A model generated the notes under the pieces. The model saw only the letters and a program-made list of their open reading frames with translations. It had not been told where the DNA came from and searched no databases. This document shows positions 16,588 to 22,652 of a stretch of DNA of 22,652 bases, in pieces. The translations under genes were made by a program, and so were the position numbers. The first letter of the stretch is position 1. Every line of letters begins with the position of its first letter. This DNA is from Fonticula alba ATCC 38817 (Eukaryota > Protista > Nucleariida), in assembly GCA_000388065.2 (NCBI GenBank), contig KB932207.1. The stretch is one strand, 5' to 3'.

Positions 16588-17925
16588 TGTTGCTGCAGTT
16601 GCAACAGCTGCTGCCGCTGTTGCTGCTGAAGCATTGAATCTGGCAGATTCAGCAGGGCTGGCATGTTGGTCACGGTAGGCAGCCGGTCGGGCTGCATTTG
16701 CCCAGCAAATGCACCAGTCAGCATGGAGTTGGTGGTCAGGGAGCCAGAGGACAGGGAGCCGGTGGCCAGGGAGCCAGAGGACAGGGAGCCGGTGGCCAGG
16801 GGGCCGGTGGCTAGAGACCCACCGGGCTGCCAGAACTGGCCGCCATTACCGCCAACAGTGGGCCCGGTCGGCAACATATCACCCATTTGGTCGGAGCCAC
16901 CGAGCCAAGCGCCCAGGTGCACGCCCTGCAGGGGGAAACCGCCGCCATTGCAGGCGCCGCCGGCATTGCCACCCTTGGCAAGACCAAGACCGGAGTCGGA
17001 TGTGCCCGAGGAGGCAAGCACCCCAGACACAGTGGCAGGAGTGGTGGCGGCCGATTTGGGATTGGCTGTCAAGTGCAGCGGCGCCGACCCGAGAGCCGGG
17101 CCGCCAGCCGACGAGGCGCCCGAGAAGTCTGAGAACACCCAGCTGAAGGAGTCGGCGTTGACTGAGAGTTGCTGCTGCTGCTGCTGCTGCTGCTGTTGTT
17201 GTTGGCCTGCAAGGGGGGAGAGGGTCAGTATCCATGTGCCTGGGGACACACGCACGCACACATGCATAAATGTGCACGCGGTCGAGGGAGGGCATGTGTG
17301 CCGATGTGGATGCGAAGCACCCACAGGAAGAGATGGAACATACCTTGCTGCGAGCCAATCGGACGGGGGAAGGAATCACCCAGAACATTGCTGCTGGTAG
17401 TGCCGATGGCAAGCTGCTGGCTCGGGAGCATCGGCAACGACGATGCCGGCGGCGGCGGCGGCTGCTGCTGCTGCTGCTGCTGCTGCTGCGACACAACATT
17501 CATGCCCATGGAAAGCCCTGGCCGGGGGAGGACCCCACCCAAATGGGCTGGCAGATGGTGCTGCGCCGGCGAGGATGCAGCCTTGGTGCTGCCGGACGCC
17601 GAAGAGGGCAAGCCCCCTGGGCCGGGGGAACTCAGCGGCGAGGTGATGGGCAGCGCTGCCTGCGGCCCACCATCCAGCGGCAGGGCTCCGGCACCGGGGC
17701 CAGTGGAAGCATCAACAGGCAGGCGCGCCAGATCAGCCAGACGCAGGGCATTGGCGGTATCGAGCCCCAGTGCCCCGGGCCCGGGAGCCGTAGCCGGAGA
17801 AACGCCCCCCTGTGACGAGCTGCCAGACATGAATGGGGCAACCATGCCGGAGCCTGCCGCATCCAAAAAGAGTGGCAGCCCGCCAGAAGATCCGGACCCG
17901 GAGGCACCGGACTGCAGCAGCAGCA

Positions 17926-17999
<74 letters not shown>

Positions 18000-20900
18000 G
18001 GGGTTGCCGACTTCGACTCCGACAGGGCCAGTCGAGATCCGCCTCGGAGAGGAGGAAGTATCTGGCAATCGAGCAGGACCGGCGGGGGCGAGGGAGCCGG
18101 CGAAGGGGACCCAAGCACCGGGGCGAAAGCGCCGCCCGAGGTGCCGACCCCATTCCGCTGGACAGCCGACATCAGTGCTTGAGCCGTGGACAGGGACAGC
18201 CAGTTGTTGTCGCCAGAGTGCGAGGCGCGGCCGCCCTTGCCAGCCATGTCTTGGGCCACCAGGTCCAAGAGGAGGCTCATGGTGGAGTCCTTGGCCAGGG
18301 GGCCGGCATTGGCGTCAGCCCTGATGCTCTCATCCGGCGGGGTGATCATCAACATAGCTGGGAGGGTGGGATCCATCCGGGGGAAGGGCACGACAAGGGC
18401 AGGATCTTTATCTGCGCGCGGGCGCGGGCGGAGGGGGGGGGGAGGGGGAGGGCACGAGAGGGAGCGGCAAGAGGAGGCGGCGGAAGCAGGGGGAGGAGGG
18501 AAATCAGTGACCGTGAGCAAGAGCGCCGGTTGTTACACAGAGGAGAGGGGGCAAGGGCCAGGAAGGAAGAAGGCAAGTAGGGAGAGGATGGAAACCAAAG
18601 GAACAAAGCGGAACCCGGGGCAGACGCACCACTAGTCAGCGTTGTCACGAGAGACCCATGAGACGGCAAGGGTATCCCTGCATTGCTGACGCCGTTGCCA
18701 TTGGGGTTCGTGCCAGGAGCACCAGTGCTGGCGCTGTTGTTGCTGTTGCTGTTGCTGTTGCTGTTGTTCTTGTTGCTGTTGCTGTTGCTGCTGCTGATGT
18801 TGCTGATGTTGTCGCCGCCGCTGTTGCTGCTACTACTGCTGCCAATACTAATGCTATTATCGCTGCTGTTGCTCCTGCTGCTGCCGGCGCCACCGCCGTT
18901 GATGACAGTCGGCAGGTCGGGAAGCAGACTGGCCCCATTGCCGGGGGGGCCACCACCCACCACGGACGTCGCCAGGAGGCTGGCCTGTTGCATGGCGGGC
19001 CCCGCGGCAAAGGCGGTGCCGGCTGAGGACAGGAGGCCGCCCACCAGAGAGGCGGCTGTGCCGGTGGAGGCGGCTGTCAAGGCCAGGCCGAAAGAGGGCT
19101 CTGGACCGCCAAGCATGGAGGTAGAGGCGATCGTGGCGCTGGCACCGGGTCCTGAGGAAGACAGGGACCCGAGCTTGGCCTTCGCGGTGGATACCCCCCC
19201 GGTGGCAGACCACATGCCGGGGCCGGCGTCCACCATGAGCAGGTCACCGGCGACAGTGCTGGGCGTGCTGCTGACGCCACTGGCCCCGGGACCGGTCGTG
19301 GCAAAGGCGGCCCCGTCGATCGATGGCCCGGCGGCCATGAACAGGGCATTGGTGACCGGGGCCCCGGCATTGGCCGGGAATGGTGACGGCTGGAGCACGG
19401 CAGGCGCCATGCCCGGGGGGGCAGGACCGCCATTGCCGCTGCCAGTGGCGCCGGCACTCAGCAAAGCCAGGGGGGCGGGAAGCGGGGCGCCGGTCAGCAA
19501 ATCCATCGGGAAGCCGCCCGACGACAGGAGCGCCGTCGAGTGCGGGCCAGCGGATGGCTGCTGCGCCGGCATCGAGGCGCCCACCACCGGCAGGAAGGAC
19601 CCGCCACCGGTCCCGCCACTGGTACCGAGGAGGGCGGTGCCGGCCGGGAGCCGGGACCGGTGATCGGCCGGGCTGCTGTTGTTGCATCTGCCTGGCAGCG
19701 TGGCCGAGAGAAAGCCCTCGGGCTGGCATGGGGCGGGGATTGGGCCTGGCCCGGCGGCGGTCGGAGTCGCGGCCGTGGCCAACGGCCAGATGGCCATGTC
19801 CAGGTCCGGGCCGGGCAGAGCGCCGCCCCGGGTGTCCTCGAAGCCCCGACCATCCGGCCGACCGGGCCAGGGAGCCTTGCGGAAAGACAGGGCACCGGTG
19901 GCCGGGGCGCCAGCAGCACCAAACCCGGAGGCCGAGGGCCCGGCCGACACGGCCGAGGCGCCGGCCACCCCGACTCCCGAGGGGGAGGGAACGCCTGACG
20001 GCATCATGGCCATGGCCGGGGGCTGGCCAAGGGGCAGGCCGCCGGTCAGGCGCTGCAGGGCCGCGTCATTGTCAAACGCCGCGCCAAAGGGCGCCGCGGA
20101 GTGGGGGAACTCCGCGCCCTTGTGGCTCTGAAAGGGGGGGGCGGGGGCACAAGCAGCCGAGGCCGCGACAGGGAGAGGGGGGAAGAGGGAGAGAGAGAGA
20201 GAGAGAGTCATGTCAGCAGCGGGCCGAGAGCAGCATATGGGGGCGGCAGAGTGGATGTGTGTGCGTGGGGGGGGGCGGGCATCCCCGAGCGAAGGGACAA
20301 AAAGGAAGCAGGCAAAGAGGCAGACACGAGGGCAGAGGAGAGGAGGGACGCACGATGCGCGACACAACGCGAAAGACCGCCACCGCCAGGACGTCCCACT
20401 CGAAGACCTTGATGCTTTTGGCAATGGTCCGCGGACGCGGCTCGCCCAGGCGCATGACCAAGTCATAGAGGGAGCTGCTCATTTCCAGCATGGTGGAGTC
20501 GACCGCGGCCGAGGAGGAGGAGGAGGAGGTGGTGGTGGTGGTGGTGGGGGTGGGGGTGGGAGTGGCGGAGGCGGAGGCTGCGGGCCCGGCCGCTGCTGCA
20601 CCGCGGCCCAATGGCCGGCCAGGTCCGGAGAAGCCGGCGCCCGGCGAATCCTCCGGACAGTGGGAGCCGGCGCCGGCCGAGGGGGATGCCGGGCCACTGG
20701 CGCCGGCGCTGGTGCTGGCAGCTCCGCCGGCGTTCGACTCGCCATCCTCAGGATCGAGGGGCTGGTGCGGCCCGCCGGCGGGCCCGCCCGTGCCCGGGTG
20801 CTTTCGACGGTTGGATGCGGTAATGGGGTTGAAGCGCTCGAGCAGGCGCCGGGCGCGGCCCTTCTCGTCCGGCGACAGGAGGGCGCTGGGCCGGAGCGTG

Positions 20901-22625
20901 GACGCGGCCAGCGTGGCCAGGCGCAGAAGGTCGACCGAGGTGACAAAGTACCGGCCAGACTCGCCGTGGTGGATGACCGAGATGACCACCGACGCGGCCA
21001 CCGGCTCCTTGTATGTGGAAAAGGGAGCCACGCGCGGGGCCCCGGGGATGGTGCAACTCAGTAGCAGCCGGACCACCGCGCGAAAGTCCGCATGCATCGG
21101 GCTGGCAAGGATCCCGGCGATGTTGAGCGGCGGGGTGGTCCCCGTGGAAGCCGCGCCGGGGGTGGCCCCCCCGATGCCGGCACCCGTGGGACAGCTGTCC
21201 GGGCTGGCGCGGGTGTCCATGGGCGCCATCGGGCCCAGGCGCAGGCTTGCCTCCTGCTGTGGCGGGAAGAGTGGCGCCGGGGCCGCCAGAGAGGCCGCCT
21301 TGGGCTGGGGAAGAGCTCCGGCAGTGGGGCCGAACTCGGGCTCGGGCTTGACGACAGCCGAGGGCCCCGGGCCCGGGGTGATGGGAGCCGGAGGGGAGCC
21401 AGCGGGCTTGGTGGCGGCCGCCGGATGGGCATCCTTGGATGTGGTGGCGGCGGGAGCCGCGGCGGGAGCGGTGCTGGCGGACGTGGGGATGGTGGTGGGC
21501 GCAGGCGCAGGCGCAGGCGCGGGCGCAGCCGCGGCGGGCCCGGCGATGGACTCGGACTTCGGGGCCTCCCCCGAGGCGGGGGTGTTGGCGTTGGTGCCGT
21601 TCATGGAGAGGAAGAAATTCAGAAGGAGGAAGACATTCGAGCCATCGGGGTCCGAGCCATCCAGAAGACCGGACGATTCGGCGACGGTCGCGGTGTCGGC
21701 GGCCGCGGTGACCGGCGCGCTGCCGGTGGCGGCTTTGGTGTCGGTGTCGGTGTCGGTGTCGGTGGTGCTGCCGGGCTTGGTGTCGAGCGGGTCGATGTCC
21801 ATTGACGAGGCATGGCCGCCGGGGGCAGCGGCGGCGGCGGCGGCAAGACGGGCACGCTTGTTGGTGCCGCTTGGCGGGGAGGTCTGGCTGCTCGAGGGGG
21901 GCGGAGTGTGTTGCTGTGGCTGCGACTGCGACTGCGACTGCGACGGCTGGTGCGGCGCTTGCGGCTGGGCCGCGGGAGAATCGGTGGCGCTGGTGCCGGA
22001 GCCGCCGGGGGCCGGGCGCTTCCGCGTCCCGGAGGAGGTGGGCTCCTTCGCAGCGGCGGGCGGGGTCAGCTTAGATGGGGGGCCGGTGACCGAGGCGGGG
22101 GCTTTGAGGCCGGCTGGGGCGCCGGAGCGGCGGGCTCGAGCTCCGGCCCCGGGGCGCTTGGGGGCCGATGGGGCTGGCCGGTCCACCGGCGGCGTGACAG
22201 TCGACGGGGGAGCGGCCGGGCCGGGGGCCTTGGTGTCCGAGTCGGCGGCCGCATCGGCCAGGTCTGCATCCGGGATCAGGATCTCCGGCAGGATGCGATT
22301 GCCCTCGAGGCGGAAGCGGATCAACCGTCGACTAGACAGGACCTCGGTCGGGGACCAAGGGGGCAGGACATTCAGCAGGGAGGGGGAGCAGCCGAAGAGC
22401 TGCTCCATCTCCGGCGGGTTGGAGTGGATGTGGCTGGGCTGAAGGGCATTGTGCGGGCGCGTGCACGGGGGAGACAGGCAGAGAGGGGGGGCAGAGGGAG
22501 GGAGGGAGGGAGGGAGGGGGGTGTGAGGAGGGAACCGGGCGGGAGCCGGGTGGAAGAGGCGAGAGATGGGCAGGATGATGCAGGGCGGAGGCGTACGCTC
22601 GGCGTGGATGCATCGCTGTCGGGAT
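16071..22625 (-). CDS. Large MedA/ACON-3/Ren1-like (DUF7082-type) putative transcriptional regulator with polyQ and N/S-rich regions; at least 1938 aa, 5' end outside the window
   Basis: Exons 22625-22597, 22438-20354, 20127-18630, 18411-17344 and 17206-16071 all join in phase through GT-AG introns (5816 nt, TAG at 16073-16071). The conserved blocks WSPTEVLSSRRLIRF, VISVIHHGESGRYFVTSVD, EKGRARRLLERFNPITAS and LVMRLGEPRPRTIAKSIKVFEWDVL match the recalled fungal MedA core (W..EE...RRLVQF, ISCI.W....FVTSVD, EKNRIRRNLEGFRPLTVS, IMGFPNPKPRNIEKDVKVFPWKIL). Confidence 0.82.
16311..16628 (-). repeat. Coding CAG/CAA-rich polyglutamine block with QQQL periodicity
   Basis: Encodes QQQQRQQLLQLQQQ...LELELEFLRLDQHQRQLQQLQQLQQL...QQQLQQQLQQQL...QQQ in the last exon of the MedA-like gene. 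Confidence 0.95.
16737..16800 (-). repeat. 30-bp coding tandem repeat, two perfect copies plus a degenerate 15-bp subunit
   Basis: cagggagccagaggacagggagccggtggc occurs twice and encodes GSLATGPLATGSLSSGSLATGSLSSGSLTT. Confidence 0.9.
17927..17998 (-). repeat. Uninterrupted (CAG)23 plus CAA, encoding about 24 Gln
   Basis: Pure ctg triplets at 17930-17998 on the + strand. Confidence 0.93.
18730..18875 (-). repeat. Coding Asn/Ser-rich low-complexity tract
   Basis: Encodes SNSSDNSISIGSSSSSNSGGDNISNISSSNSNSNKNNSNSNSNSNNS. Confidence 0.9.
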
Positions 22626-22652
22626 CTACGATCGACAGAGGGGGAGGCGAGG

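Noticed and set aside
16737-16800. 30-bp direct repeats (or the 9-bp intronic repeats) as a CRISPR array
   Set aside because: The copies are adjacent with no spacers, lie in eukaryotic exon or intron sequence, and there are no cas genes.
16011-20466. Plus-strand poly-Leu, poly-Ala and poly-Cys ORFs
   Set aside because: Alternative-frame and antisense readings of the CAG/CAA and AAC/AGC repeats of the minus-strand gene.
16071-22408. Four separate minus-strand genes, as the ORF track suggests
   Set aside because: Consensus donors and acceptors join all four ORFs in matching phase (0, 1, 1), so one gene is the simpler model.

Overview
Eukaryotic, GC-rich, intron-containing draft genomic DNA with five N gaps (4169-4623, 9804-9813, 11726-11938, 12709-13354, 14244-14803). 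By matching splice phases by hand I rebuilt six protein-coding genes. (1) 26S proteasome lid subunit RPN3/PSMD3 (+, 8 exons, 644 aa). (2) Irc3-type SF2 DNA helicase, probably mitochondrial (+, 4 exons, about 1082 aa). (3) An unannotated minus-strand gene that currently lies inside IRC3 intron 3 and looks like a catalytically dead Kae1/OSGEP (TsaD-family) paralogue. (4) COMMD10 (-, 3 exons, 257 aa). (5) Acetyl-CoA acetyltransferase, ERG10/ACAT1-type thiolase (+, 3 exons, 394 aa). (6) A gene of at least 1938 aa (-, 5 visible exons, running off the right edge) with a fungal MedA/ACON-3/Ren1-type (DUF7082-like) domain split by large low-complexity insertions and followed by polyQ and N/S-rich regions. 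Fungal-type genes (Irc3, MedA-like) together with COMMD10, which is generally lost in Dikarya, suggest a unicellular relative of fungi such as Fonticula; this is inference only. The splice signals are unusual: 16 of 18 donors have C at +4 and none has A, and branch-point-like motifs often sit 45-120 nt upstream of the 3' splice site. A 95-bp exact duplication suggests the nested placement of gene 3 may be a poly-C misjoin. All homology calls come from family motifs recalled from memory, not from database searches. I found no rRNA, tRNA, CRISPR array or transposase.
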